Part shown: in pieces, positions 12,050 through 25,827 of the stretch
Layout: every line of letters starts with the position of its first letter
Position numbering within the stretch: position 1 is the stretch's first letter
NCBI RefSeq assembly: GCF_963921235.1
Contig: NC_086107.1
Coordinates: 111,726,001 to 111,790,000 of the forward strand
Direction of reading: 5' to 3'
From: Mobula hypostoma
Taxonomy: Eukaryota
Length of the DNA stretch: 64,000 bases
Notes under the pieces: model-generated
What the model saw: the letters and a program-made list of their open reading frames with translations, nothing else
Databases searched by the model: none
What the model was told of the DNA's origin: nothing
Made by a program: the position numbers and the translations under genes

Positions 12050-13250
12050 AACACTTGAATCAAAATCAGAGTCAGCTTTAATATCACCAGCATATGTTGT
12101 GAAATTTGTTGTCTCTTTGGCAGCAGTACAATGAAGTACATAATAATAGAAAAAACTGTGAATTACAGTAAGCATGTATTACAGTTGAACTAAATAAATG
12201 GTGCAAAAATAGAAATAAAAAAGTAGTGAGGTAGTGTTCATGGGTTCAATGCCCATTCAGAAATCAGACGGCAGAGGGGAAGAAGCTGTTTCTGAATCAT
12301 TGAGTGTGCACCTTCAGGCTTCTGTACCTCCTTCCTGATGGTAGCAATGAGAACAAGGCATGACCTGGGTGATGGGGGTCCTTAATGATGGTTGCCGACT
12401 TTTTGAGCCATCGCTCCTTGAAGACGTCCTGGATATTATGGAGGCTAGTGCCTATTGATTCCCAGGATGGCAGGACTTTCATATGATGGAAGACTGGATT
12501 GACTAGGCTTATACTCGTTGGAATTTAGAAGGTTGAGGGGGGATCTTATTGAAACGTATAAAATTCTAAAGGGATTGGACAGGCTAGATGCAGGAAGATT
12601 GTTCCCGATGTTGGGGAAGTCCAGAACGAGTGGTCACAGTTTGAGGATAAAGGGGAAGCCTTTTAGGACTGAGATGAGGAAAAACTTCTTCACACAGAGA
12701 GTGGTGAATCTGTGGAATTCTCTGCCACAGGAAACAGTTGAGGCCAGTTCATTGGCTATATTTAAGAGGGAGTTAGATATGGCCCTTGTGGCTAAAGGGA
12801 TCAGGGCGTATGGAGGGAAGGCTGGTGCAGGGTTCTGAGTCGGATGATCAGCCATGATCATACTGAATGGCGGTGCAGGTTCGAAAGGCCAAATGGCCTA
12901 CTCCTGCACCTATTTTCTATGTTTCTATGATGGAACTGACTAACTGACTGAGTTTACAACTCTCTGCAGCTTATTTCAATCCTGTGCAGTAGACCCCCCC
13001 CCCAACACGCGCGCGTGCGCGCACACGCACACACACACACACACATACACACACACACACACATATATATCAGAGTGATGCAGCCAGTTAGAATGCTCTC
13101 CACGGTACATCTGTAGATATTTGCAAATGTCTTTGGTGACAAACCAAACCTCCACAAACTTCTGATGAAACATAGCCTCTGTCGTGCCTTCTCTGTAGCT
13201 GCATCGACATGTAGGGTCCAGGATAGACAGTCAGAGATATTGACACCCGG
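12050..13250. mobile_element. Rex1-type LINE remnant (-) interrupted by a CR1 3' fragment (+, about 12455-12928)
   Basis: ORFs 12297-12482 and 12954-13277 are Rex1-like. ORF 12518-12838 is a CR1 ORF2 C-terminus with a (TTCTATG)n tail. Confidence 0.75.
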
Positions 13251-13644
13251 TTTTGCCCTATCACTCAACCCCTGCAAAAGTAGCCTTTCTTTTTAATTTC
13301 AAAAATTATCTTTATTCATGAAAAGGAAAAAAATGGTAGCAAAACAACCCTTTACATTAAAGGTTAGTACACTCTTATAGAAAAAAAAATTGCCCATTAG
13401 TTGCTGAGATGTTACTTTTTTCATTGTTTGAGGGGCATCCCCACCTAACTTTGCCCCTCCATTTCTGGTAGCAGAAAGAGCCTATATTGATAGTCTTTCC
13501 CCATTGAGCCTTAGCATCAGCTACACTGAACATTAGTATGCCCCCCAGCATGTACACCTGTGACTAGACCTTGGCAGCATCCCCCTACGGAAGTCTCACT
13601 GTGATGGAGTAACTGGTTTTGGGCCAAACGGGGTGAGGTGGTTT

Positions 13645-14925
13645 GAGTAACTCAGAAACCGCTGACCTCCTGGGATATTCACGCACAATGGTCTCTAGCG
13701 TTTACAGAGAATGGTCCAGTCTGTGGGCAAGAATGCCTTGCTAATGAAAGAGGACGGAGGAGAATGCCCCACTGGTTCAAGCTGACAGGAAAGTGTCGGA
13801 TAACCACGCACATTTATTTATCTATTTATCTAGCGATGCAGTGTGGAACAGTTCCTCCCGGCCCTTCAAACCACACCACTCAACAATCCCCTGAGGCTAG
13901 GATTAAAGAGACCTCTTTCTCTTTAATCCTAGACTAATCACAGAATAATATACATTGACCAATTGACCTACCAACCAGTATGTCTTTGGATTGTGGGAGG
14001 AAACCAGAGCATCTGGGGAAAACTCATGTGGTCACAGGGAGAACATATACCAGGTGAGACAATCTCACCTGGTCCAGGAACACCACTGGGATTGTGAAAT
14101 GGGCCCAGCAGAGATTGCACTTTCTGAGGAAGCTTAAACAAGCATCACTCCCCACTAACATCTTAACTACGTTCTACAGAGGCGTGGTTGAGAGTGTGCT
14201 GACCTTTTGCATCACAACCTGGTACTCCAGCTGCAGTGCTGTCGACAAAAAAGCCTTGCAGAGGGTGGTTAGGGGAGCAGAGAAGGTTATTGGGGTCTCC
14301 CTACCTTCTGTCCAAGACCTCTTTCAGAGTCGATGCCTCCAGAAGACACAGTACATCATTAAAGACCCCTCACACCCTCTCCATGAACTGTTTGTTCTTC
14401 TGACATCAGGCAAACGTTACAGGAGCATCAAAACTAAAACCACAAGGCTACTAAACAGCTTCCTCCCACAGGCAGTCAGACTGCTAAATAGCTGCTCTAC
14501 CTGACTCTGCTTTGGACACTTTTAACTTGCACTGGACACTTATAACTGATTTTAACTGACATGTGGCTGTTGTGTTTTACTATTTATTGTTATGTTTATT
14601 ATTTATTATGTTATGATTGCACCGCCCCTGAGAAACGCTGTCTCATTCTGCCCTGCAGAGCTGATGTATGGTTAGAATGACAATAAAGTTTTTTGAATCT
14701 TGAAATCTTTGAATATACAGTATTCTAATAACAGGCAACGGTGGGAATTGAACCTGGGTCGCCTGTACAGTAAAGCATTGTGCTAATCACTACACTACCC
14801 GGTTACAACAGCGGTGTGCCGAAGAGCATTGCTGAACGCACAACACATCGAACCTAGAAGTGGACGGGCTACAGCAGCAGAAGACCATGAACGTACACTC
14901 AAAGGCCACTTTATTAGGTACAGGA
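13645..14925 (+). mobile_element. Nested cluster: Tc1-derived remnant, SINE-like repeat and Rex1/Babar LINE 3' end (about 14052-14715)
   Basis: Tc1-like pieces at 13645-13810 and 14800-14925, the latter ending in GGCCACTTTATTAGGTAC. ORF 14094-14504 (AQQRLHFLRKLK..FYRGVVESVLTFCITTWY) is followed by AATAAA and a TTGAA-type tail. Confidence 0.7.
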
Positions 14926-17900
14926 AGTTATTTGCGTGCATGATGCTTGTAGGTAGCTGAGCAGAGAGAAAAAAAAGAGCTACAGAGAATGGGGGATTTA
15001 AACAGCAAAAGAGATTTGGTTTAAGCGACAATGTGAAGTGGAACCCGGCTAACATCTGAATGTTCGATCAGTGTCAAGGTAGAAATGTAGCTGGAATAAT
15101 CTTCTTCCAGAAACAGTTCTCCCCGCCGTTCATGACACCAAGAGAGACAGACGATTTTGAAATACTATGTGTCAGGGACAGTATTATACAAGACTAAACA
15201 CTGATAGCTGCAGACCAGGTGGCTTAATTGATTTGAAGAACCAGCATGAATTTGATAGTTTTGAACAAGAAGTATAGTCATAGTCATACTTTATTGATCC
15301 TGGGGGAAATTGGTTTTCGTTGCAGTTGCACCATAAATAATAAATAGTAATAAAACCATAAATAGTTAAATAGTAATGTGTAAATTATGCCAGGAAATAA
15401 GTCCAGGACCAGCCTATTGGCTCAGGGTGTCTGACCCTCCAAGGGAGGAGTTGTAAAGTTTGATGGCCACAGGCAGGAATGACTTCCTATGACGCTCTGT
15501 GTTGCATCTCGGTGGAATGAGTCTCTGGCTGAATGTACTCCTGTGCCCACCCAGTACATTATGTAGTGGATGGGAGACATTGTCCAAGATGGCATGCAAC
15601 TTGGACAGCATCCTCTTTTCAGACACCACCGTCAGAGAGTCCAGTTCCATCCCCACAGCATCACTGGCCTTACGAATGAGTTTGTTGATTCTGTTGGTGT
15701 CTGCTACCCTCAGCCTGCTGCCCCAGCACACAACAGCAAACATGATAGCACTGGTCACCACAGACTCCTAGAACAGAGACGGCCCTGACCCTTCTTGTAG
15801 ACAGCCTCAGTATATATGAGGGAAAGGATTTGACTTTAGCCACTTAATAGCTATTAAATCAAAACAATGTCTGAAAAGTTTACAAAGACATATATAAAAA
15901 ATTTATTTCATGAAATGATTGATAGCAGTAACTCCAGAGAGCAACAGTTGCAGAAGACCCCAAGTCTCTGATCCAGAGATGAACTTGTCACCCTAAATCG
16001 GGTAATATATGAATAAATTTGATGAGTTTTGGAAGTTGTAAAACTGTTAAAAGTTTTCCTCCCCTTCCCGTTCTCTCTTTTCCCGTTCCTCGTTCTGGCT
16101 CCCCTCTTACCCCTTCCTCTTCTCCTCACCTGCCCATCACCTCCCTCATGTGTCCCTTCCCCTTTCCTTTCTCCCATCGTCCACTGTCCTCTCCTATCAG
16201 ATTCCTGCTTCTTCAGCCCTTTGCGTTTTCCACCTATCACCTCTCAGTTTCTTACTCCACCCCCTCCCCCAGCCAGCTTTCCCCTCGCCTGGTCTCTCGT
16301 ATCACCTGCCAGCTTCTACTTCTTCCCCTCCCTCCCCCCCACCTTCCGTTCCAGTCTTGATGAAAGGTCTCAGCCCAAAACATTTATCTAATTTATCCCC
16401 TGATGCTGTCTGCTGAGTTCCTTCAGCAGTCTGTGTGTGTGTTGCTCAAAGTTTCCAGCATCTGCAGAAACCCTGGTTAGTGAAACTGCTAAAAGAGTTG
16501 TGTAAATAAAGAATTAATGAAGTTTCTGTCAGCACTACATAGCGAGGCTTTGAGTTCTTTAAACTAGCTGTGACTAATAGATAAATTGCCTCCAGTATAG
16601 TCAAAGACCCCTCCCATCCTTCCCGCAATCTCTTTGGCCTCCAGCCATCAGGCAGAAGGTCCTGCAACATATGAAACAGCCTGACTGGCTGAGTAACAGC
16701 TTCTTCCCCCAGGACTGTTAAACCTTGACAAATTTCTGTTGACAGTGTATTGACTGGCTGCATCATGGCCTGGTATGGAAACACCAATGCCTTTGAGTGT
16801 AGTGGATTCGACCCAGTACATCACAGGTAAAGCCCTCCCAGCCAGGAGCACATCTACATGGAATACTGTCGTAGAAAATCAGCATCCATCATCAAAGATC
16901 CTCACCACCCAGGCCATGCCCTTTGCTCCTGCTGCCATCAGGTAGAAGGGACAAGAGTCTCAGGACTCGTACCACCAGGTTTAAGAACAGTTACTACCCC
17001 TCAACCATCAGGCTCTTGAACAAAAGAGGATAACTGCACCCATCTATTGAGATGTTCCCAAAACCAATGATCTCACTTCAAGGACTCTCTTCATCTTGTT
17101 ATCTCAAGATCTCATTATTTATTGCTTTTCATTTATAGTTGCATTTCAACAGTTTATTGCTGTCTATGCTCTACTCGATCGTTCATTAATCTTGTTTACA
17201 GTTGCTCTTCTATAGATTTGCTGAGTATGCCTGCAGGGAAAAATAAATCTCAGGGTTGTATGCAGTGACATTTTTGTACTCTGATAATAACCTTTACTTT
17301 GAACTTTGGAAAGGTGCTACATTGCCGTAAAGGGCTATGAGACACACTGTAAGGCAGTAAAAGCACAAAAATCCCTCCTGGGATATTCACGCACAATGGT
17401 CTCTAGCGTTTACAGAGAATGGTCCAGTCTGTGGGCAAGAATGCCTTGCTAATGAAAGAGGACGGAGGAGAATGCCCCACTGGTTCAAGCTGACAGGAAA
17501 GTGTCGGATAACCACGCACATTTATTTATCTATTTATCTAGCGATGCAGTGTGGAACAGTTCCTCCCGGCCCTTCAAACCACACCACTCAACAATCCCCT
17601 GAGGCTAGGATTAAAGAGACCTCTTTCTCTTTAATCCTAGACTAATCACAGAATAATATACATTGACCAATTGACCTACCAACCAGTATGTCTTTGGATT
17701 GTGGGAGGAAACCAGAGCATCTGGGGAAAACTCATGTGGTCACAGGGAGAACATATACCAGGTGAGACAATCTCACCTGGTCCAGGAACACCACTGGGAT
17801 TGTGAAATGGGCCCAGCAGAGATTGCACTTTCTGAGGAAGCTTAAACAAGCATCACTCCCCACTAACATCTTAACTACGTTCTACAGAGGCGTGGTTGAG

Positions 17901-19773
17901 AGTGTGCTGACCTTTTGCATCACAACCTGGTACTCCAGCTGCAGTGCTGTCGACAAAAAAGCCTTGCAGAGGGTGGTTAGGGGAGCAGAGAAGGTTATTG
18001 GGGTCTCCCTACCTTCTGTCCAAGACCTCTTTCAGAGTCGATGCCTCCAGAAGACACAGTACATCATTAAAGACCCCTCACACCCTCTCCATGAACTGTT
18101 TGTTCTTCTGACATCAGGCAAACGTTACAGGAGCATCAAAACTAAAACCACAAGGCTACTAAACAGCTTCCTCCCACAGGCAGTCAGACTGCTAAATAGC
18201 TGCTCTACCTGACTCTGCTTTGGACACTTTTAACTTGCACTGGACACTTATAACTGATTTTAACTGACATGTGGCTGTTGTGTTTTACTATTTATTGTTA
18301 TGTTTATTATTTATTATGTTATGATTGCACCGCCCCTGAGAGCAACAGTTGCAGAAGACCCCAAGTCTCTGATCCAGAGATGAACTTGTCACCCTAAATC
18401 GGGTAATATATGAATAAATTTGATGAGTTTTGGAAGTTGTAAAACTGTTAAAAGTTTTCCTCCCCTTCCCGTTCTCTCTTTTCCCGTTCCTCGTTCTGGC
18501 TCCCCTCTTACCCCTTCCTCTTCTCCTCACCTGCCCATCACCTCCCTCATGTGTCCCTTCCCCTTTCCTTTCTCCCATCGTCCACTGTCCTCTCCTATCA
18601 GATTCCTGCTTCTTCAGCCCATTGCGTTTTCCACCTATCACCTCTCAGTTTCTTACTCCACCCCCTCCCCCAGCCAGCTTTCCCCTCGCCTGGTCTCTCG
18701 TATCACCTGCCAGCTTCTACTTCTTCCCCTCCCTCCCCCCCACCTTCCGTTCCAGTCTTGATGAAAGGTCTCAGCCCAAAACATTTATCTAATTTATCCC
18801 CTGATGCTGTCTGCTGAGTTCCTTCAGCAGTCTGTGTGTGTGTTGCTCAAAGTTTCCAGCATCTGCAGAAACCCTGGTTAGTGAAACTGCTAAAAGAGTT
18901 GTGTAAATAAAGAATTAATGAAGTTTCTGTCAGCACTACATAGCGAGGCTTTGAGTTCTTTAAACTAGCTGTGACTAATAGATAAATTGCCTCCAGTATA
19001 GTCAAAGACCCCTCCCATCCTTCCCGCAATCTCTTTGGCCTCCAGCCATCAGGCAGAAGGTCCTGCAACATATGAAACAGCCTGACTGGCTGAGTAACAG
19101 CTTCTTCCCCCAGGACTGTTAAACCTTGACAAATTTCTGTTGACAGTGTATTGACTGGCTGCATCATGGCCTGGTATGGAAACACCAATGCCTTTGAGTG
19201 TAGTGGATTCGACCCAGTACATCACAGGTAAAGCCCTCCCAGCCAGGAGCACATCTACATGGAATACTGTCGTAGAAAATCAGCATCCATCATCAAAGAT
19301 CCTCACCACCCAGGCCATGCCCTTTGCTCCTGCTGCCATCAGGTAGAAGGGACAAGAGTCTCAGGACTCGTACCACCAGGTTTAAGAACAGTTACTACCC
19401 CTCAACCATCAGGCTCTTGAACAAAAGAGGATAACTGCACCCATCTATTGAGATGTTCCCAAAACCAATGATCTCACTTCAAGGACTCTCTTCATCTTGT
19501 TATCTCAAGATCTCATTATTTATTGCTTTTCATTTATAGTTGCATTTCAACAGTTTATTGCTGTCTATGCTCTACTCGATCGTTCATTAATCTTGTTTAC
19601 AGTTGCTCTTCTATAGATTTGCTGAGTATGCCTGCAGGGAAAAATAAATCTCAGGGTTGTATGCAGTGACATTTTTGTACTCTGATAATAACCTTTACTT
19701 TGAACTTTGGAAAGGTGCTACATTGCCGTAAAGGGCTATGAGACACACTGTAAGGCAGTAAAAGCACAAAAAT
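13666..19773 (+). repeat. Near-identical tandem segmental duplication A-X-B-A'-B'
   Basis: 13666-14633 matches 17374-18341 (offset 3708), and 15937-17372 matches 18338-19773 (offset 2401). The duplicated ORF translations are identical or nearly so. Confidence 0.95.
15275..15770 (-). mobile_element. Rex1/Babar-type LINE 3' fragment
   Basis: ORF 15414-15761 (SAIMFAVVCWG..RINKLIRKA..HPLH..RHRKSFLPVAIKLYN) with a GACTAT-type tail. Confidence 0.75.
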
Positions 19774-19805
19774 TATTTTCTACTTCCTTACGGAGCAGCA
19801 AGCTA

Positions 19806-20005
19806 GCTGGTGGTGCAGTAGCACCTGCACCAGACTTCGAGACGAGTGGTACTGGGTTCGAGTCCCGCCAGCGCCTTGCACACTTTCCATCCGTGCTGGG
19901 TTGAGCGTTGAACTAGAAACCTGGCCTTGTAAACAGCAGACAACTGCTAAAGAAACGGGAAGGTTGCTGCCCGATGCGCCACAAGGTGCGAAAAGAACGA
20001 CAACA
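19806..20005 (+). mobile_element. tRNA-derived SINE
   Basis: A-box-like TGGTGCAGTAG and B-box GGTTCGAGTCC. A related copy lies at about 44305-44470. Confidence 0.6.
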
Positions 20006-21837
20006 AAGGAGCATGACTTGTTAATCATGATATTATGAGTAAAGTTTAATTATATTTCAAATCTGTTCTTATCCCTCAATTATTGTTGTAGTTACCATAT
20101 AAATGGCAACTGTGCTATTGGTTTACAAAATCGTAACAGGACTGTCTATGAGTTAAAGGTGAAAAGGCATTGCATGGTTTATACTTGCAATTATTTTTAA
20201 TGACTAAGATTTATTTTCATATATATATTTACTATATATATATAAAGTAATTACTTAAGGATGTTTATTATTCGAACTCTGAATCTTCCTTCTTTTAAGG
20301 ATCTGGCAAGATTACATATGTGTCAGCAAATAAAGTTGACGTGCAAAGTTCAAAGCTGATTAATGAGTTTTAAATATTTATCATTGATTTAAGTACAGTA
20401 TGTGATTTTCAATCATGTTAACATGTATGTGACTACCTGCGTGAATAACCCCAATAAAAATCTACCTAATGTTCTGCACGTTGCTTAATATGGCACATGT
20501 GATTGAGAAAGGTCATTAAGTTTTATATTTCAATCACCATTGAAATGCTGTGAAGTCAGCCTTACACAAAAAAAATCATGTCAGCATGACTAAGTGGTAA
20601 TTTTTTTCCATGAGCACCTTCAGACTGTTTGTGAGGACACAACTCCGATGACGCTGGGAAACAGTCCTGATCGCATACTGACTTCTTAGAAGAGGGTGCT
20701 TTTGTAACTCCAAAAGGCCTGATTAAATGGATCTAAAAGACCCCATGGCACTTTTAAAGAGTACGAGACATAGATTGAGTGATGCAGACATAGAGACTTT
20801 CTCCTCAGGGCAGAAATAGCTCATATGAGGGGGCATAACTTTAAGGTGATTGGAGGAAAGGATGGGGGGTGGTGGAATAACAAAGTTAAGTTTTTTACAC
20901 AGTGTGATGGGTGCGTGGAATGTGTTGCCAGGGGAGGTAGTAGAGGCATACATACTGGGGATATTTAAGACACTCTTAGATAAGCACGTGGATGACAGGA
21001 AGATGGAAAGCTATGTAGGAGGTAGTTGATCTTAGAGTAAGTTAAAAGTTCATCACAACATTGTGGGCTGAAGGGGCTGTATAACATTCAGTGACCTGGT
21101 TAACTAGCTTTTCTCAAGCTTCAAGGACATTTGTAGAATAAGATTAACTTGTTATTCAACATTCTGAAAAGATTCAAGGTTCAAGACTCAATATTGTTTA
21201 ATGTCATTTCCTGTACACAAGTGTAAAGGAGAACAAAATTATTGTTACTCCAAATCCCTTGCGGCACAAGAAAAAACAATGAGATAACGAGCACAATAAT
21301 AAAAAGCAACACAATAAATATAAATACATAAGATAACTTCTATACGTAGATTGATTGTGTGTCCATAAAGTGAGACTGGGCTGTACATAAGGTGACTGAC
21401 GGGAAATTATAAAGTAGTGGTGTGTTAGTGGGTGGAGGTGTTGATCAGCCTTACTGCTTGGGGAAAGGGACTGTCTTTGAGTCTGGTGGTCCTGGCGTGG
21501 ATGCTACATAGCCTCCTCGCTGATGGGAATGAGGCAAACAGTCCGTGAGCAGGGTGTGTGGGATCCTTCATGATGTTACTGGCCCTTTTCCATCACTTTT
21601 CTGTATATATGTGCTTGATGGTGGGTAGGCTGGTGTCAGTGACGCACTGGGCAGCTTTGACTACCTGTTGTAGAGCCTTTCCTTCTCACACGTTACACGC
21701 GAAACTGTAGATCAAATGGTGGCATGACTTTAAAGTTCAAAGTAAATCTATTATCAAAATACTTATATGTTACCATATACTATCTTTTCTTGCAGACGTT
21801 TTTAGGGAAAATAAAGAAGTACAATAGAATCTACAAA

Positions 21838-22143
21838 AACATCCGTTAGTCTTGCGAGACCATGGAATTGCGCCTGGAAAGTCTTCACTCTCCAGGGCGC
21901 AGGCCTGGGCAAGGTTGTATGGAAGACCGGCAGTTGCCCATGCTGCAAGTCTCCCCTCTCCATGACACCAATGTTGTCCAAGGGAAGGGCATTAGGACCC
22001 ATACAGCTTGGCACTGGTGTCGTCGCAGAGCAATGTGTGATTAAGTGCCTCGCTCAAGGACACAACACGTTCCCTCGGCTGGGGCTCGAACTCACGACCT
22101 TCAGGTCACTAGTCGAATGCCTTAACCACTTGGCCACGTGCCC
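21838..22143 (-). mobile_element. tRNA-derived SINE
   Basis: Minus-strand head GGCACGTGGCCAAGTGGTTAAGG...GAGTTCGAGCCCC carries A and B boxes. A close copy lies at about 38626-38930. Confidence 0.75.
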
Positions 22144-22934
22144 AACAAATACTGACAAACAATCAAAGTGCAAAAGAAGACAAACTGTGCAAAGAAAAGA
22201 GTTGTAAAAGTGTCCCTGAAAGAGAGTCTGTAGGTCGCAGAATCAGTTCAGGGCTGAGGTGAGTGAAGTTACTCACGCTGGTTCAGGACCACGCTGGTTG
22301 TAGGGTACTAGTTGTTCCTGAACCTGATGGTGTGGGATCTAAGGCGAGAAGAGAGCATGGCCTGGATGGTAGGGGCCTTTGATGATGGATTCTGCTTCCC
22401 TGCAACAGCACTCCTTGTAAATGTATTTATTAACATGAATCTATAATGTTTAGTCTCGGCCATACTCAATGTTTCTTGCAGCGCAGCTGTCTAACAGCAA
22501 CTGATATCAACAATCATGAACTTTGAAGCTTATAGACCTATCCCAGTATTATAGCCCCTATTAAGCAGCTGATTATTTGATGGGGTTGTGCAATCATATT
22601 AGTATTAAGCTGAGCTGGTCTGAGAGTTCTGTTTGAGCAAGCTTGCTGTGTGCAAAATGTCTCACAGCTTAGTCATAGGATTGCATTTGTTATACACTCA
22701 GCGGCTACTTTATTAAGCACACCTGTATACCTATTTGTTAACGCAAGTACCCAATCAATTCATGTGGCAGCAACTCAATACATAAAAGCATGCGGACTTG
22801 GTTCTGTCCTAAGTTATTGACTGCTTAGTTTGAGAGTCTGATCTCACAGCCTCACCCTCTTCAACTGTTGTTAAAACCCAAGCAACTGGTGCTACCTGAG
22901 GGGACAACTCACAAACTTTTGGATGGAATGGTGT

Positions 22935-24468
22935 ATAGAAACATAGAAACATAGAAAATAGGTGCAGGAGTAGGCCATTTGGCCTTTTGAGCCTGCACCG
23001 CCATTTATTATGATCATGGCTGATCATCCAACTCAGAACCCTGCCCCAGCCTTCCCTCCATACCCCCTGACCCCTGTAGCCACAAGGGCCATATCTAACT
23101 CCCTCTTAAACATAGCCAATGAACTGGCCTCAACAGTTTGCTGTGGCAGAGAATTCCACAGATTCACCACTCTCTGTGTGAAGAAGTTTTTCCTAATCTC
23201 GGTCCTAAAAGGCTTCCCCTCTATCCTCAAACTGTGACCCCTCGTTCTGGACTTCCCCAACATCGGGAACAATCTTCCTGCATCTAGCCTGTCCAATCCC
23301 TTTAGGATCTTATACGTTTCAATCAGATCCCCCCCTCAATCTTCTAAATTCCAACGAGTACAAGCCCAGTTCATCCAGTCTTTCTTCATATGAAAGTCCT
23401 GCCATCCCAGGAATCAATCTGGTGAACCTTCTTTGTACTCCCTCTATGGCAAAGATGTCTTTCCTCAGATTAGGGGACCAAAACTGCACACAATACTCCA
23501 GGTGTGGTCTCACCAAGGCCTTGTACAACTGCAGTAGTACCTCCCTGCTCCTGTACTCGAATCCTCTCGCTATAAATGCCAGCATACCATTCGCCTTTTT
23601 CACCGCCTGCTGTACCTGCATGCCCACTTTCAATGACTGGTGTATAATGACACCCAGATCTCGTTGCACCTCCCCTTTTCCTAATCGGCCGCCATTCAGA
23701 TAATAATCTGTTTTCCTATTTTTGCCACCAAAGTGGATAACTTCACAATTATCCACATTAAATTGCAACTGCCATGAGTTTTCCCACTCACCCAACCTAT
23801 CCAAGTCACCCTGCATCCTCTTAGCATCCTCCTCACTGCTAACACTGCCACCCAGCTTCGTGTCATCCGCAAACTTGGAGATGCTGCATTTAATTCCCTC
23901 ATCCAAGTCATTAATATATATTGTAAACAGCTGGGGTCCCAGCACTGAGCCTTGCGGTACCCCACTAGTCACCGCCTGCCATTCTGAAAAGGTCCCGTTT
24001 ATTCCCACTCTTTGCTTCCTGTCTGCTAACCAATTCTCCACCCACACCAATACCTTACCCCCAATACCGTGTGCTTTAAGTTTGCACACTAATCTCCTGT
24101 GTGGGACCTTGTCAAAAGCCTTTTGAAAATCCAAATATACCACATCCACTGGTTCTCCCCTATCCACTCTACTAGTTACATCCTCAAAAAATTCTATGAG
24201 ATTCGTCAGACATGATTTTCCTTTCACAAATCCATGCTGACTTTCTCCGATCCTTTCACCGCTTTCCAAATGTGCTGTTATCACATCCTTGATAACTAAC
24301 TCCAGCAGTTTCCCCACCACTGATGTTAGGCTAACCTGTCTATAATTCCCCGGTTTCTCTCTCCCTCCTTTTTTAAAAAGTGGGGTTACATTAGCCACCC
24401 TCCAATCCTCAGGAACTAGTCCAGAATCTAATGAGTTTTGAAAAATTATCACTAATGCATCCACTATC
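22935..24468 (-). mobile_element. 5'-truncated young CR1 LINE with reverse transcriptase domain
   Basis: 381-aa ORF 23319-24464 with QHGF, YLDFQKAFDKVPH, GVPQGSVLGP and FADDTK. Frameshift near 23330, then a (TTTCTATG)n tail. Confidence 0.92.
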
Positions 24469-24554
24469 CACTATGTATCTACAGTACATGCCATCTGGTA
24501 CTTGACATCCAGGCCCTGTTATCTAGAATCGTCTATTTTAACTTCAGCCCCACC

Positions 24555-24557
<3 letters not shown>

Positions 24558-24594
<37 letters not shown>
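24558..24594. repeat. (CT)n microsatellite
   Basis: Read directly. Confidence 0.9.
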
Positions 24595-24596
<2 letters not shown>

Positions 24597-25339
24597 CTAT
24601 AACACATTCCTTAAAACATGCACTTTTAATCTCAAAGCTATCTTAGTCACCTCCCTTCAGATAACTTCATGTGGTCCAGTGTCAAGTTCATCTGATAGTC
24701 GCACTTGGTTGATACTGTGTTATTACCAATAAATATTTGTAACATGCTGTAAATGAGGCAGAGGTATAATTAAAACACGTACCTGAGGCATGTGAATACA
24801 GGAATTAGGTCACATGTTGGAGCAGGGGGAAAGATAGTGAATATGGCAAAACAGAGAACGTTAGAAACACAACATAGATCAGTAAGGGTAAAGTCCACTC
24901 ATACAGCAGTTTTGATAGAACAAAAAATGCAATAGGAGTGTTATCAAATGAAACGTGACACAAGGCACACGGGGAAATCATAAAGCAAGCATTTTGATCA
25001 AAGTTGCAGGTTTAGAGAAGTGTCTGAAAGAAGAAATGGGAAATAGCAAGTGAAGGTGGTCTGGGGAGAATTCCAAGCTGTGGGGCCCCAGCAATGAAAC
25101 TACAGCCATCAGTGGTGGAACGATCATTTTGAGATGTTCAAGAGGTTGGAGTTTGAGATGCACAGTGATCTTAGAGGATTGTTGGAATGGAGGACGACCC
25201 CCTCCTAACAAGGTTAGGGACCAGGAACACAGCTGAAGAGACCCGATGGGCAAAATGGCCCAATTCTGCTCCTATATCAGGTCTTACGGTCTGCTCCACC
25301 ATTTCATTATGGCTGGTCCGGTTTTCCTCTCCCCATATA

Positions 25340-25750
25340 CTTTCATGCCATGATCAATCACCAATCTATCCACCTCTGCCCTAAATATACATAAAGACTG
25401 GACATTCACAGCTGCCTGTGGCAATGAATTCCACAGATTCACCAGTTCCTGGCTAAAGAAATTCCTCCGTCTCTATTCTAAAAAGACGCCCCTCTATTCT
25501 GAGGCTGTGTCCTCTGGTCTTAGACTCTCCCACCATAGAACACATTCTCTCCACATCCACTCTATCAAGGCCTTTCATCATTCGACGGGTTTCAATTAGG
25601 TCACCCCTCATTCTTCTGAATTCCAGTGAATACAGGGCCAGAGCCATCTAAAGCTCTTCATATGACAAGCCATTCAATCCTGGAATTATTTTTGTGAATC
25701 TCCTTCACTGTCAGCACATCCTTTCTAAGATAAGGGGCCCAAAACTGCTC
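25340..25750 (-). mobile_element. CR1 LINE 3' fragment
   Basis: ORF 25453-25647 (LYSLEFRRMRGDLIET..). Confidence 0.75.
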
Positions 25751-25776
25751 ATAAAGGTGTGAAGGTGTGTGTATAC

Positions 25777-25779
<3 letters not shown>

Positions 25780-25825
<46 letters not shown>
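25780..25825. repeat. (GT)n microsatellite
   Basis: Read directly. Confidence 0.9.

Positions 25826-25827
<2 letters not shown>

Noticed and set aside
22080..22143. tRNA gene
   Set aside because: The A/B boxes belong to a multicopy SINE head, with no clear cloverleaf.
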